Notes: generated from the sequence alone by a model not told the origin. A DNA stretch of 64,000 nucleotides from Candidatus Methylomirabilota bacterium (GCA_046726415.1 JBKPAK010000013.1:8330-72329); one strand, 5' to 3'; positions 37,537 to 47,447 are shown, counted from the first letter of the stretch. A program made the numbers and translations.

Positions 37537-38805
37537 CTACGCTCCGTGGCCATTGTGAGGCCGACCGTGAGCGAAGATTCGCGCGTATTGCTCCTCTAAC
37601 GCCTGGCGATACTCTTCCACCTTTTGTTTAATGTGGGGCCGAATCTGCTCGGCCCTGTTCTCGAGCTCCACGATCTGTGCGGTGAGCCGATCAACATCCA
37701 AGTGATCGATATCGTGGCAATAGTCCGCCAAGCCGACCCCGGCCACCAAAGAGGCGAACTTCTCATGGTAGGAAAGGGAAACCACCGGCTTATGGAGCAT
37801 GAGGGCCAACAGCACATTGTGAAAGCGAGCGGAGACGACGATATCGGTGGCCGCCAGCTGGGCGAGCACGTCCTCGCCAGACGAGATTGGTTCATTGATG
37901 ATCTGCCCATCTGCGGGTGTCGGGCCAAGCTTGGCCAGGGACTCCAGCAGGTCGTCTTTGACCCGGTTGTCGTACAGAGTGTCACCGATGAGGAGGCGGA
38001 CCGTGTACTTATGCTCGAGCAGCCACGCCACGAAGGTTGAAAGTTTGATGAGGAAATCCCGGTACTTCGGTTCGCCGCCTCGCTCGGGGAGACCGAGGAG
38101 ACCGTAGTAATCTTTCACGCCAACCCCGATGACCGGCCGCCGGCTAGCGAAGTTGTTGCGCGTGCCGTCGGGAAAGAGGGCGCGGGGCAGGCTAAACGCC
38201 AAATCAGGATACAGCGGGTCGTTCTCGGTCCTGAAGCCAATATTCTCCAAGAACTGCTTGGAGTACCTGTCGCGGTAGGACCGGTAGGCGGCAAGGGAGA
38301 GGGCCGCCTTGATGAACCACCGGGTCAGGGGGTGGTACATGGGGGCCGCCCCGACGCTGAGAAAGAGGATTTTGCACCGGCGCAATCTGGCGATGAGAGA
38401 CCATTTGAACAGTTGATAGGGGATACCCAGCGAGTTGGAGCTGAAGTCGGTGAGCAACCCGGTGCCGGGCACAATGAGCAGCTCAAAGCCTCGCAAGGAC
38501 GTGAAGGCGTGGACCCAGTCCAGGAGCTCCCGCGGTATCCCCAGGAGGACTTTGCGAAAGAGTCTGACGAACGGATGGTGTCGTCGCCGCGACTCGGGAG
38601 GGTAGCCGTGAGCATGACGACGCGAAAGGGGAAATGCCGGGATATGGTGGCGCCGGAGCGTGTCAGGAGGACCCGTACAGAAGCACCTGAGTTCTGCATC
38701 CGGCAAGTACCGGCGGACATTGAAGAGTATGGCTTGGAGGGTGCATTCATTGCCCCAGTTTTGCTGACCAAAAAGCCCATAGAAGGCGATCTTCCGCGGC
38801 GTCAT
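37537..38805 (-). CDS. Polysaccharide pyruvyltransferase family protein
   Basis: YGLFGQQNWGNE, VPGTGLL, LSVGA, SYRD, PDLAF, SARFHNVLLA, LSYHEK. ATG at 38805. Confidence 0.92.
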   Translation of the reverse strand: MTPRKIAFYGLFGQQNWGNECTLQAILFNVRRYLPDAELRCFCTGPPDTLRRHHIPAFPLSRRHAHGYPPESRRRHHPFVRLFRKVLLGIPRELLDWVHAFTSLRGFELLIVPGTGLLTDFSSNSLGIPYQLFKWSLIARLRRCKILFLSVGAAPMYHPLTRWFIKAALSLAAYRSYRDRYSKQFLENIGFRTENDPLYPDLAFSLPRALFPDGTRNNFASRRPVIGVGVKDYYGLLGLPERGGEPKYRDFLIKLSTFVAWLLEHKYTVRLLIGDTLYDNRVKDDLLESLAKLGPTPADGQIINEPISSGEDVLAQLAATDIVVSARFHNVLLALMLHKPVVSLSYHEKFASLVAGVGLADYCHDIDHLDVDRLTAQIVELENRAEQIRPHIKQKVEEYRQALEEQYARIFAHGRPHNGHGA

Positions 38806-39764
38806 TGTGGTGCCTCGCCGAGCTGAAAGACCGAAGCGTAGCGAACCAAGGAAGCACGCCGCTGGGCCCCAAAGGGTTCCAGCCCCCAGTATTCCAGGGG
38901 CCAACCGCGCCTCAAGGAGGGGTCGCCGTCGTGGACTTCGCTGAGCAGCTCCGTGACTGGCCGCCACCCGCGCTCCTGCGCGACCTTAGTCCGCACATCC
39001 AAGTCGACCCCCGACACGAAGAGGTAGCCGCCGGGGGTGACCAAGCGGGCGATGTTACGCAAGCATCGTTCGGCAGCAAGGGGCTCCATATGGCACAGAA
39101 ATCTGTTTGCCACGACCATATCCTGGGGGCCGAGGAGGTCGGCCAGATCCGGGTCCCCGGCATCGGCACGGTGCCAGAAGATTCCCTCTCTGAGCCACGG
39201 CTTGACGCTGACCTGGTCGGCGTCGCGATCGAACATCCCCTGCATTTCCGGGTCGGTCATCCGCTCGAAAATCGATGCATTCTGGTCTCGGCAAGTATTC
39301 CAGGTCACATCCTGTGCTCCCACTACCGCCGGTGAATGCGCCCCGTTGGTGACGTCGTCACTCCTCAGTGAGTAGACCCCCCCCTCCGCGAACGCCAGAA
39401 TGTCTGATGAAATGTCGACCGCGTGTAGGCTCAGCTTCAGGTCTGGACGTACGGAGCGGATTGTCCACGCAATCGAGTAGACCTCAGCGCCCTTGCTACA
39501 GGCCAGCACGGAGACTCCCCAGCTGGAACCGTGATGTGCCCGGGCGACCAGTCGGCCGATCAGTTCCAGCTCCGGGCGGTTTCTAAAGAAAAAGGTGCCA
39601 AAGTATTGTCGCCGGCCGACGTGACGGCGAACTGCGGCATGCAAATGCATGCCGTACGAACGCACCGGAGAGAGAGAGCGTAAGGAAGGCGGGATGTGCT
39701 TCCAAAGCTGGCCGGCGACAAACAAGCGTGGCCGGGCCAGGCCCCCTCGAAGGAGATCCCTCAT
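38802..39764 (-). CDS. CheR-fold SAM-dependent methyltransferase (stand-alone), copy 2
   Basis: TFFFRNRPEL, VLACSKGAEVYSI, AVDIS, QDMVVANRFLCHMEP; paralogous to 36496-37512. Confidence 0.85.
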   Translation of the reverse strand: MRDLLRGGLARPRLFVAGQLWKHIPPSLRSLSPVRSYGMHLHAAVRRHVGRRQYFGTFFFRNRPELELIGRLVARAHHGSSWGVSVLACSKGAEVYSIAWTIRSVRPDLKLSLHAVDISSDILAFAEGGVYSLRSDDVTNGAHSPAVVGAQDVTWNTCRDQNASIFERMTDPEMQGMFDRDADQVSVKPWLREGIFWHRADAGDPDLADLLGPQDMVVANRFLCHMEPLAAERCLRNIARLVTPGGYLFVSGVDLDVRTKVAQERGWRPVTELLSEVHDGDPSLRRGWPLEYWGLEPFGAQRRASLVRYASVFQLGEAPQ

Positions 39765-39803
39765 GGTGCACCGCTCGAGATGAGGTCCGGCCAGGGGTTG
39801 GGG

Positions 39804-41387
39804 CTACGCAGGTCGCTCACCTGCCCGCCAGCGGCCAGCCGGCCAGAGGCCGGTTGCCCTGAGTAATCCCATGTACACCGACTTCTGCTCCATGATGAAG
39901 AGGAGGCTGAACAGATAGACGCCGAAGAAGATAGTCGATTCCGCGACCAGACGGACAAAGGCTGGGTCCACGCGATCGAGCGTGGGTCGGACGACCAGCG
40001 TTGCGGCCACGCCGATGGCAATGGAAATCGAGGTGGGCCGTGCCGCGGCGAGGATGTCCGACAGGGTGATCAGCGTCCCCTGCTTGGCCCACAGCAGCAC
40101 GGGCACGACAGAAATGATCATGATGATGGAGAGGCCGGCCGCGACACCTTCTGGGCCACGCTGCAGACCAAGGGCGTAGCTGAGAATCAGCAGGGGGGTC
40201 ACGATCAGCGCAATCTTGGCGCAGCGGCCGGCCAGACCGCGGGCCAGCATGAGCCAGGCAAAGGGATTGACGAAGGCCCAAACCAAGATCGTCGGCGCGA
40301 GAAGGCGGAAGATGCCCGCCGCGTCACGCCATCTGGGCCCGAGCAGCACCAAGATGATGTCGTCCGCGAAGAGGGCGCAGCCGATGGTAATTGGGACGAC
40401 GAGCGACAGAAAGAGGCGGTAACCCTTCAAGAAATAGGCCGCCAGCCGGGGGGGATCATCTTGCACACGTGACAGCGCCGGGAACGCCACCATCCCGATG
40501 GTCGCGTAGAGATTGTCATTTGGTAAGTTGATGAGCTGGTAGGCTCGGCCGTAGAGGCCCAACGCCTCGGCACCGCAGAAACGGCCGACCAACACCTTGT
40601 CGACGTTGTAGGCCAGGTACACGGTGAGGTTGTTGAAGCTGACCGCGCCACCATACGCGAGCAGCGACCGGAGTCTTGACCGGCGCTGGGGAAGGCCAGG
40701 AATCCATCCGGTAGCCAGCCACAGGCCGACAACGCTCACCGCTGGCTGGCTGAGCATCATGGCCACTAGCGCCCAATAGCTGTAGCCGGCGAAGGCCATA
40801 CCGATGCCGATGGCAACGCTGAAAAGAAGGGAGACGAGGTCGACCATCGCCAGCACCGCGAAACGCATGTTCCGCTGCAGCATGGCGCGATGCTGCGCGC
40901 CAGCACCATTGAAAATCAGGATGGCACTCAAGGCGACGGCGACCCAATAGAGCCGCGGCTCACCATAGAAGGCGACCAGCAGAGGGGCGGTGATGGCCGT
41001 CAGAAAGGCAAGCAAACCGCCCATGGCGAGATTGATCCAAAAGAGGGTCGAGGTCTGCGCCGTCGTCACGGAAACACATTGGACCGTGGCCATCGACAGA
41101 CTGTCCCTGAGCAAACCAAGGAACCCTGTGAAGGCGGTCACCATGTTCACTAGGCCGAAGTCTTCCTTCAATAAGAGACGGGCGAGAACGATGAACGATC
41201 CCGCGCGAAGGAGGAACGTGCCAGCCTGGGCCGCGGTGGAAAAAAAGGCCCCCCGGGCCGTTTGCCGCTTTAGATCCTTTGCCTCGACATCGCGGGCACC
41301 CTCCTCGCCGTTCTCATCCGTCTCGGCGAGGCGAGTCGTCCGGGAGACCAGTTCTGTGGTGGGTGTGCGGGGTGGCGGGATGTTCAT
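39804..41387 (-). CDS. wzx: Polysaccharide flippase (Wzx/PST family)
   Basis: LARLLLKEDFG, STLFWIN, GYSYWALV, NVDKVLVGR..LGLYGRAY, FPALSR; multi-TM. Confidence 0.93.
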   Translation of the reverse strand: MNIPPPRTPTTELVSRTTRLAETDENGEEGARDVEAKDLKRQTARGAFFSTAAQAGTFLLRAGSFIVLARLLLKEDFGLVNMVTAFTGFLGLLRDSLSMATVQCVSVTTAQTSTLFWINLAMGGLLAFLTAITAPLLVAFYGEPRLYWVAVALSAILIFNGAGAQHRAMLQRNMRFAVLAMVDLVSLLFSVAIGIGMAFAGYSYWALVAMMLSQPAVSVVGLWLATGWIPGLPQRRSRLRSLLAYGGAVSFNNLTVYLAYNVDKVLVGRFCGAEALGLYGRAYQLINLPNDNLYATIGMVAFPALSRVQDDPPRLAAYFLKGYRLFLSLVVPITIGCALFADDIILVLLGPRWRDAAGIFRLLAPTILVWAFVNPFAWLMLARGLAGRCAKIALIVTPLLILSYALGLQRGPEGVAAGLSIIMIISVVPVLLWAKQGTLITLSDILAAARPTSISIAIGVAATLVVRPTLDRVDPAFVRLVAESTIFFGVYLFSLLFIMEQKSVYMGLLRATGLWPAGRWRAGERPA

Positions 41388-41439
41388 GTGATAGGGGCGC
41401 CAGACAACGGCGGTGTTCTCCAGACCGACCAGACGGCGG

Positions 41440-42834
41440 TTAGCGAGTCCTGCGGTCTAAAACCTTCTGGGCCGCCTGCTCGCCGCTCTTGAATGATTCA
41501 TCAGTCCAGAGGTAGCCCCAGTCCCCATAGCGGCCACAGTAGGCGATTCCCAGGTCATCGAGATAGCCATGGACCACCTTCAGGGCCGCCGCCCGCTCGA
41601 GATCGAAGATGATGTTGGCGTATCGCAGCAGCATCGCGGAGCGGAACAGGATGCGGTCGTCCTCACGCAAGAGACCGCAGCGGCGGAGGTCCGAGATGAC
41701 CGGCTCGATCCAGTCCTCGGGCGATCCGGTCAGGGGCTTGTACTTGGCAGAAAAGTAGACCTCGGCCTGGATGCTCCCCGTGCCGGGTCTCGCGTTGCGG
41801 GCAGAGAGCATATGCGGAAAGCCGAGCCGGGTGAAGCAAATGTCCTCGTCATAGAAATAGGTCATGTGGGCATCCGAGAGGTCTTTGCGATCCACGCCGA
41901 TGTTGACGAGGACGCACGTCGAGCAGGCCAGGCGGCGCGACGCGTCGAGGACGTCTTGGGGCGCGCCACGTATCATGCCAAGGAGATCTGGTAGTGGCAC
42001 CGAAGAGATCAGGGCATCGTAGGGGGCCACCACGCCGTTTGCGAAGCTGAGCTGTCGCGCTCCGGGATCGACCGATACTAGCTCGTGGTTGAGGCGGAGA
42101 CTGGCCAGGGGGACGAACTTCCTCAGATAGGATTCGAACCCACCTTCGCTTGGATAGCGAAAGTGTGTGATGTAGTGGATATCGGGAGCCGATGACGAGA
42201 GGGCGCCCCGCAGCATCTCCTCGAGGCTGGGCCGGTAGATGCGTGGGCCCAGCCAATCGGTGCTCATGTTGTCGGCGGTGGTGAGGTGGTACTTCCGCGT
42301 GTACTGCATGGGAAACAGTTCGGCGAACGCGCGACCGAAACTGGAGAGCAGCCAGTCGGCGTAGTTCACGACCGGTCGGTCGGGCCCCTGGCGCTCCTGC
42401 ACGAAGTCGGTAATGACCTTCACAATAACGTCTTCAGGCAGGCCGTGCAGGTGAAGCTGCACAGGGTGGCGGGGCCAGTAGCCGCGCCAGTAGTTATTCA
42501 GATTGATCTGAACCGTTTCGTACTCCTGGTCGACACTGTCGGCGAACAGGCCCTGCATGCGGGGATCCTTGGTGAAGGAAACGTGCGGGCCCACGTCGAA
42601 CAGGAAGCCGCTGTCGTGGCGGAACGATGCCGTGTGCCCGCCGTGGTAGGCGTTCCTGTCATACATGACCGGTGTGATGCCCTCGGCGTGGAGCCGGTAA
42701 GCCGCACCGAAGCCCGCCATGCCGCTGCCGAGAATGATGATGTCAGGCACTGAAAGAGTTCCTCCCCGGTCTTCCCTCGGCGCTGGGATCAACACCCCCG
42801 CGGGCGCAGGAAGGGGCCGCGGCGAGGCTGCCAT
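41440..42834 (-). CDS. FAD-dependent oxidoreductase/mutase-like protein (HemY/Glf-like fold)
   Basis: IILGSGMAG, GGH..S, FDVGPH, FRYPSEGG, GRYGDWGY; GTG at 42750 is an alternative start. Confidence 0.82.
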   Translation of the reverse strand: MAASPRPLPAPAGVLIPAPREDRGGTLSVPDIIILGSGMAGFGAAYRLHAEGITPVMYDRNAYHGGHTASFRHDSGFLFDVGPHVSFTKDPRMQGLFADSVDQEYETVQINLNNYWRGYWPRHPVQLHLHGLPEDVIVKVITDFVQERQGPDRPVVNYADWLLSSFGRAFAELFPMQYTRKYHLTTADNMSTDWLGPRIYRPSLEEMLRGALSSSAPDIHYITHFRYPSEGGFESYLRKFVPLASLRLNHELVSVDPGARQLSFANGVVAPYDALISSVPLPDLLGMIRGAPQDVLDASRRLACSTCVLVNIGVDRKDLSDAHMTYFYDEDICFTRLGFPHMLSARNARPGTGSIQAEVYFSAKYKPLTGSPEDWIEPVISDLRRCGLLREDDRILFRSAMLLRYANIIFDLERAAALKVVHGYLDDLGIAYCGRYGDWGYLWTDESFKSGEQAAQKVLDRRTR

Positions 42835-42863
42835 GTGGCCAGGGTTGGGGTGGCGGTGGGGCG

Positions 42864-43955
42864 TCAGTTGGCTGAGAGGGCTTCATACCGTTCGATTTGC
42901 TTTCGGGTGAGATGGCGAAGATCGTTCCCGACCTGGAGGGCGCGGTACCACTCGACGATCCAGTCGAGGGCTTGCGTCAAGGGAAGCACGGGATGCCACT
43001 CCAGACACGCCCTCGCCATGGATGAGTCCAACCTGAGAGAGTGGGACTCGGCCGGGTGCGGTCCGGAGTCTTTGCTCCACGAGGCGCGGTGACCCCACGA
43101 CCGAGCTAATTCATCGGCAATCCAAGACACCGGCTTGGCGTCCACTTCGGCGGGACCGAAGTTCCAGGCCGCGGCAAACCGGCCGGCGTCCTCCGCCAGT
43201 CTCTCAGCAAGCACGAGGTATCCGCGCAACGGCTCCAGGACGAACTGCCAGGGTCGGATGGCGGAGGGGCTTCGGATCAGGCAGGGTTGGCTTGCCAGGA
43301 AAGCCCTCATAAGATCGGGAATCAGCTGGTCACGAGTCCAATCGCCGCCGCCAATCGCATTCCCGGCACGAGCGCTCGCGATGGCGACTCCGTGCTGCTC
43401 GAGCGACGCCGGCGCGAAGAACGACTCGCGGTAGGCGGTGGTCACGAGCTCGGCACAACCCTTCGAGTTGGAGTAGGGATCGCGACCACCGATGGGCTCG
43501 TTCTCGCGATAGCCCCAAACCCACTCGCGGTTCGCGTAGCACTTGTCGCTCGTGACGTTGACCACCACGCACGGCTGTCCGAGCTGCCGGAGCGCATCCA
43601 GGAGATAAACGGTCCCCATGACGTTGGTAGCGTAGGTTTCGATGGGATCCTCGTAGCCGCGCCGCACCACGGACTGTGCCGCCATATGAATGACCACATC
43701 GGGACGGCACTCGGCGAGCGCAGACTTGAGCCGCGGGAAATCGCGAATGTCCCCGCGAATGGAGCGGACGGCGGCGGCCACGTCCGCCTGGTCGAACAGG
43801 CTCGGCTGGGTCGGCGGGTCGAGCGCGTATCCTGTCACGTTGGCGCCGAGCGCCTCCAGCCACAGCGAAAGCCAGCTTCCCTTGAAGCCGGTATGGCCGG
43901 TGAGGAACACGTCGCGGCCCTTCCAAAATGACCGCTTAGGCAACACCACCTTCAT
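42864..43955 (-). CDS. rfbG: CDP-glucose 4,6-dehydratase
   Basis: FLTGHTGFKGSWL, TSDKCY, DPYSNSK, RAGNAIGGGDW, RPWQ. Confidence 0.96.
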   Translation of the reverse strand: MKVVLPKRSFWKGRDVFLTGHTGFKGSWLSLWLEALGANVTGYALDPPTQPSLFDQADVAAAVRSIRGDIRDFPRLKSALAECRPDVVIHMAAQSVVRRGYEDPIETYATNVMGTVYLLDALRQLGQPCVVVNVTSDKCYANREWVWGYRENEPIGGRDPYSNSKGCAELVTTAYRESFFAPASLEQHGVAIASARAGNAIGGGDWTRDQLIPDLMRAFLASQPCLIRSPSAIRPWQFVLEPLRGYLVLAERLAEDAGRFAAAWNFGPAEVDAKPVSWIADELARSWGHRASWSKDSGPHPAESHSLRLDSSMARACLEWHPVLPLTQALDWIVEWYRALQVGNDLRHLTRKQIERYEALSAN

Positions 43956-45292
43956 CCGATGACTTCGACCGGGGCTTGCGGCATTGACCGTGCCTGTGGC
44001 CCTCGCGTCACGAGTGGCCAGCGGGCGCTCTGTTCCTGCCAGAGTGACTCGACGAGCCGGTCACGGGGAGGCTCCTCCACATCATCCAGCGATAGCATGT
44101 CGTCCTTCGAGACATCGCGACGCAAGACGCACCCTTCCGAGAGGGCGATTGGCAGGGCGGTCGTGGCGCGAGCCGTCGTGGTGTTGTCGATGAGTCCATA
44201 TGCGCAGAACCCACCGACGCCGTCGAGACGCTCGCCAGCTTTCAGATCGCGCTTGGCAATCGCGACGACTTCGCAGACAGGGCCTGCGATGGGAGCGACG
44301 GTTGGATCACGGTGGATGACCGCTCGACCGATAGTGGAGACGATCTGGATATGAGGCAAATGGTACGGTGTGTAGAAGACGTAGAAGGGGCCATCGCCGA
44401 GTTTGTAGTAGGCCAGCTGAACCTTCTTGAGTGGCGATTCTTCGTGAACGATCACGAAGGCGCCAGTGTGCGGGGCGGCGCCGACGGCATAGTCGACGAG
44501 GCCGGTGCTGAGCATCTGGTCGGCGGGCAGCCGGTGCGCCAGCTCGCGGACGTACCCGCAGGCCGGGCCGTACATGCCACGGCGGCCCGCGTGGAATCCC
44601 GTCGCATTGGCGAGCACCGTCGTCTCCATGGACAGTTTGGTGGCGTCGGCAAACGACGTGACCTTTCTGGCGTCCTGGTCATGCTTCTCAGCAAATGCCC
44701 GCTGGGTCTCGGGGGTTCGATAGTAATCGACCATGCCCTTGATGTTGCCGGCGGCCACCGGATGGAGTCCCAGCGATCGGAGATAGCGAAAGAGGCTCAT
44801 CGCCACCCCCGGTTCATCTCCGTCCGTGTGAGTGACCACCACCCCGGCCCGGTCTGCCTTCACCTTCAGTATCGGCCCGAGCAGCGAATCAAGTTCGGCA
44901 TTCACCAAAACTACGTGCTTGCCGTGGTCAAACGCCTCCAGCACCACATGCGCGGCGGCCTCGACGGTCCCCGTCACTTCCACGAGGATGTCGATGGCGC
45001 CGCAAGCGGTCAGCACCGACGGGTCGTCAGTGAGCACCGGGAACCCGCGGGCGATTGCCGCTTCGGCCTCCCGCGCCGACCCCGCCCGACGCCACTCCCT
45101 GACGCCGGCCTCCCGGAATGCCCTTTCCCCGTGCGCCGGCGTGCGATTTGCGATCGCCGCCAGGCGAATCCCCGGTGCCGGTGTTCCGAGCTGCAGGGCG
45201 ATGGCGCGGCCCGTGGCACCGGCGCCCACCATGCCGACGCGGATTGGGTTACCATTGGTCTCACGCTCTCGAAGGGCCGTATCCACAATCAT
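43952..45292 (-). CDS. NAD(P)-dependent oxidoreductase with C-terminal SAF domain
   Basis: GMVGAG, NAELDS, DGDEPG, SFADATK, YTPYHL, AKRDLKAGERLDGVGG. Confidence 0.9.
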   Translation of the reverse strand: MIVDTALRERETNGNPIRVGMVGAGATGRAIALQLGTPAPGIRLAAIANRTPAHGERAFREAGVREWRRAGSAREAEAAIARGFPVLTDDPSVLTACGAIDILVEVTGTVEAAAHVVLEAFDHGKHVVLVNAELDSLLGPILKVKADRAGVVVTHTDGDEPGVAMSLFRYLRSLGLHPVAAGNIKGMVDYYRTPETQRAFAEKHDQDARKVTSFADATKLSMETTVLANATGFHAGRRGMYGPACGYVRELAHRLPADQMLSTGLVDYAVGAAPHTGAFVIVHEESPLKKVQLAYYKLGDGPFYVFYTPYHLPHIQIVSTIGRAVIHRDPTVAPIAGPVCEVVAIAKRDLKAGERLDGVGGFCAYGLIDNTTTARATTALPIALSEGCVLRRDVSKDDMLSLDDVEEPPRDRLVESLWQEQSARWPLVTRGPQARSMPQAPVEVIG

Positions 45293-45304
45293 GTTGTCGA
45301 CCTC

Positions 45305-45835
45305 CTACCGCTTTGCGAGCGGCCACGTGAGATCCTGTTCGGAGACCACCGTGGCCTCAAGGGGCCATTGTATGTTGTAGGCCGGATCATTGAAGCGCCG
45401 ACCACGCACGGCGCTGGGCGTGTAGAACCCCGAAGTCAAATAGTAGATCTCCGTATCATCCTCCAGGGTCTGGTATCCGTGCCCACACTGCTCGGGTACG
45501 TAGAGCATTCGACCATTGCCGGCGCTCAACTCTGCCCCGTACCATTTGCCATATGATGGGGACTCCGGTCTGAGGTCGAGGACTACGTCGAAAATTGCGC
45601 CTTTGGTGCAACGAACCAGCTTGGCCTCGACGGCGGGCGCTTCCTGGAAGTGCATACCTCGAACAGTCCCCTTGCGAACGCTGAACCCCATATTGGCCTG
45701 CACCGGAACGAAGTCGAGACCCTGCTCCGCGAATTGGCGAGCACACCACGCTCGCATGAACCGACCGCGATCGTCTTCGTGCGGACTCGGATCGATCAAG
45801 CGGGCGCCGACGAGGTCCGTCTCTGTAAAACGCAT
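45305..45835 (-). CDS. rfbC: dTDP-4-dehydrorhamnose 3,5-epimerase family protein
   Basis: DDRGRF, GTVRGMHFQ, KLVRC..GAIFDVVLDLR, GHGYQTL, FNDP. Confidence 0.93.
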   Translation of the reverse strand: MRFTETDLVGARLIDPSPHEDDRGRFMRAWCARQFAEQGLDFVPVQANMGFSVRKGTVRGMHFQEAPAVEAKLVRCTKGAIFDVVLDLRPESPSYGKWYGAELSAGNGRMLYVPEQCGHGYQTLEDDTEIYYLTSGFYTPSAVRGRRFNDPAYNIQWPLEATVVSEQDLTWPLAKR

Positions 45836-45930
45836 GCCCGTCACCAGCCTTCATTCCGAGAAGGGCGCCGGTTGCCTTCGCGCTCCTCCTCTTCTTCCCT
45901 TGGCGATGACTTGCTGGCCAACGCTCTGGC

Positions 45931-46587
45931 TTACTCGACGATGAGCTTTCTGCAGTAGAAAGCTTCGGCATAACTGCTGGGCGCGTTGCACTCCAGCCCG
46001 CGAAGCCGGAGGAGGGATCGGAAGAGGTCCTCCGAGAACCAGCGCTTGCCGCTCTGACTGGGAAAGCTCGTTAGGACCGCGTCGATCTTCTGTCGGCAGC
46101 GCGACTCGTCGAGGGGGACAAAGATGTTCGGTGACCCGAGGTCGCCGTCGTATTTTGGGATCTCATACTCGAGGATGAGGTGGTCCCGGAAGGTGTTCCA
46201 GGTGAGCTCAGAGATGAGCCGATGGTCCTGATGGAGGTCGCCGCGGTAGTGGGTCAGGACCAGGTCGGGCGAGATTAGTCCCTTGAGCTCTTCAAAGGTC
46301 TCCTTCACCTGGCTGCCCTCATAGGGCAAGAAGCCGTCGCGGAACTTCTTGATGATGACCTGTGAGCTCGAGGCCTTGGCCAACACCAGCCGGGCGCTCT
46401 GAAGCGCTTCGGCCTCGCGGGTCGAGTCAGAACTGAAGACCACCCACGTAAAAGCCGGCGGGGTTCGTCCTTCGGCGAGTTGGAGGACGGTGCCGCCGCA
46501 CCCGATCTCCAGGTCGTCGCAGTGCGCGCCAAGACAGAGCACATGACGGATCGGCGGGGTGAGGTGCTCGAAGCGGAGCGTAAGCAT
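45931..46587 (-). CDS. PIG-L/LmbE family deacetylase
   Basis: GAHCDDLEIGCGGT, DLHQDH, YEIPKYDGD. Confidence 0.93.
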   Translation of the reverse strand: MLTLRFEHLTPPIRHVLCLGAHCDDLEIGCGGTVLQLAEGRTPPAFTWVVFSSDSTREAEALQSARLVLAKASSSQVIIKKFRDGFLPYEGSQVKETFEELKGLISPDLVLTHYRGDLHQDHRLISELTWNTFRDHLILEYEIPKYDGDLGSPNIFVPLDESRCRQKIDAVLTSFPSQSGKRWFSEDLFRSLLRLRGLECNAPSSYAEAFYCRKLIVE

Positions 46588-46598
46588 TCCAAGCCCGG

Positions 46599-47447
46599 CT
46601 AGGTTTCCACGGGCGTTCCGAGCAGACTGAGCGAGGCGGCACGCGGTAAACGCAGATTGACGGGCTGGCCGTTGGTCTTCCAGACCTCCCAGGGGACCTG
46701 GCCGCGCGTGTACAGGTCTTCGAGCAACTGCTTGTCCTTGAAGGTGTCCATGCAGGCCCAGAAGCCATCGTAGGGATAGGCCAGCAGCTTCCCAGCGGCG
46801 GCAAGGCGCTGGAAGGGATCCTCCACGAGCTCTTCCCCGGGCTTCATCCAGTCGAATATCTGCTGCCGCATGACGAAGAAGCCGCCATTTATCCGCATCC
46901 CTACGTCCTTCAGGTGGCGAATGCTCCTGACGCGCCCTCCGGCGTCGACGCTGACGAGGTGGAAGCTCTGCGTGGGAGCGACTCCCGCGAAGCAGGCCAC
47001 CGCGTCGCCGCGCCGGAAGTGCTCGAGCATGTCGGGAAGCGGCAGATCGGAGACGCCATCGCTATAGTTGGCGAGGAACATCTCCTCCTCACCCAGGAAG
47101 GGCTGCACGGCCTTGAGGCGCATGCCAATGTTGGAGTTCAGGCCAGTTTCGACGAAGGCGATCTTCCAGTCATCGATATCGCTGGCGAGCAGATCGATCT
47201 TCTTTCCGCCTTCGCTCATGACGAAGTCGTTAGAAACGGTCTCATCGTATTCGAGGAAGTACTTCTTGATACTGTCCCCCTTGTAGCCAAGGCACAGGAT
47301 GAAGTCCTTGTGCCCGAAATGCGCGTAGTACCGCATCACGTGCCAAAGAATGGGTCGGTAGCCGATCGGGACCATCGGCTTGGGGATAGTTTCCGAGTAC
47401 TCCCGGAGTCTCATGCCCAAACCACCGCAGAAAATGACGACTTTCAC
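46599..47447 (-). CDS. rfbF: Glucose-1-phosphate cytidylyltransferase
   Basis: VVIFCGGLGMRL, PKPMV, CLGYKG, NYSDG, INGGFF, FWACMDT. Confidence 0.93.
   Translation of the reverse strand: MKVVIFCGGLGMRLREYSETIPKPMVPIGYRPILWHVMRYYAHFGHKDFILCLGYKGDSIKKYFLEYDETVSNDFVMSEGGKKIDLLASDIDDWKIAFVETGLNSNIGMRLKAVQPFLGEEEMFLANYSDGVSDLPLPDMLEHFRRGDAVACFAGVAPTQSFHLVSVDAGGRVRSIRHLKDVGMRINGGFFVMRQQIFDWMKPGEELVEDPFQRLAAAGKLLAYPYDGFWACMDTFKDKQLLEDLYTRGQVPWEVWKTNGQPVNLRLPRAASLSLLGTPVET

Noticed and set aside
36496-39764. Chemotaxis operon
   Set aside because: No MCP, CheA, CheW, CheB or CheY genes are in the window.
43952-45292. Homoserine dehydrogenase (amino-acid biosynthesis)
   Set aside because: The C-terminal SAF domain and the position between rfbC and rfbG point to the sugar-related family.
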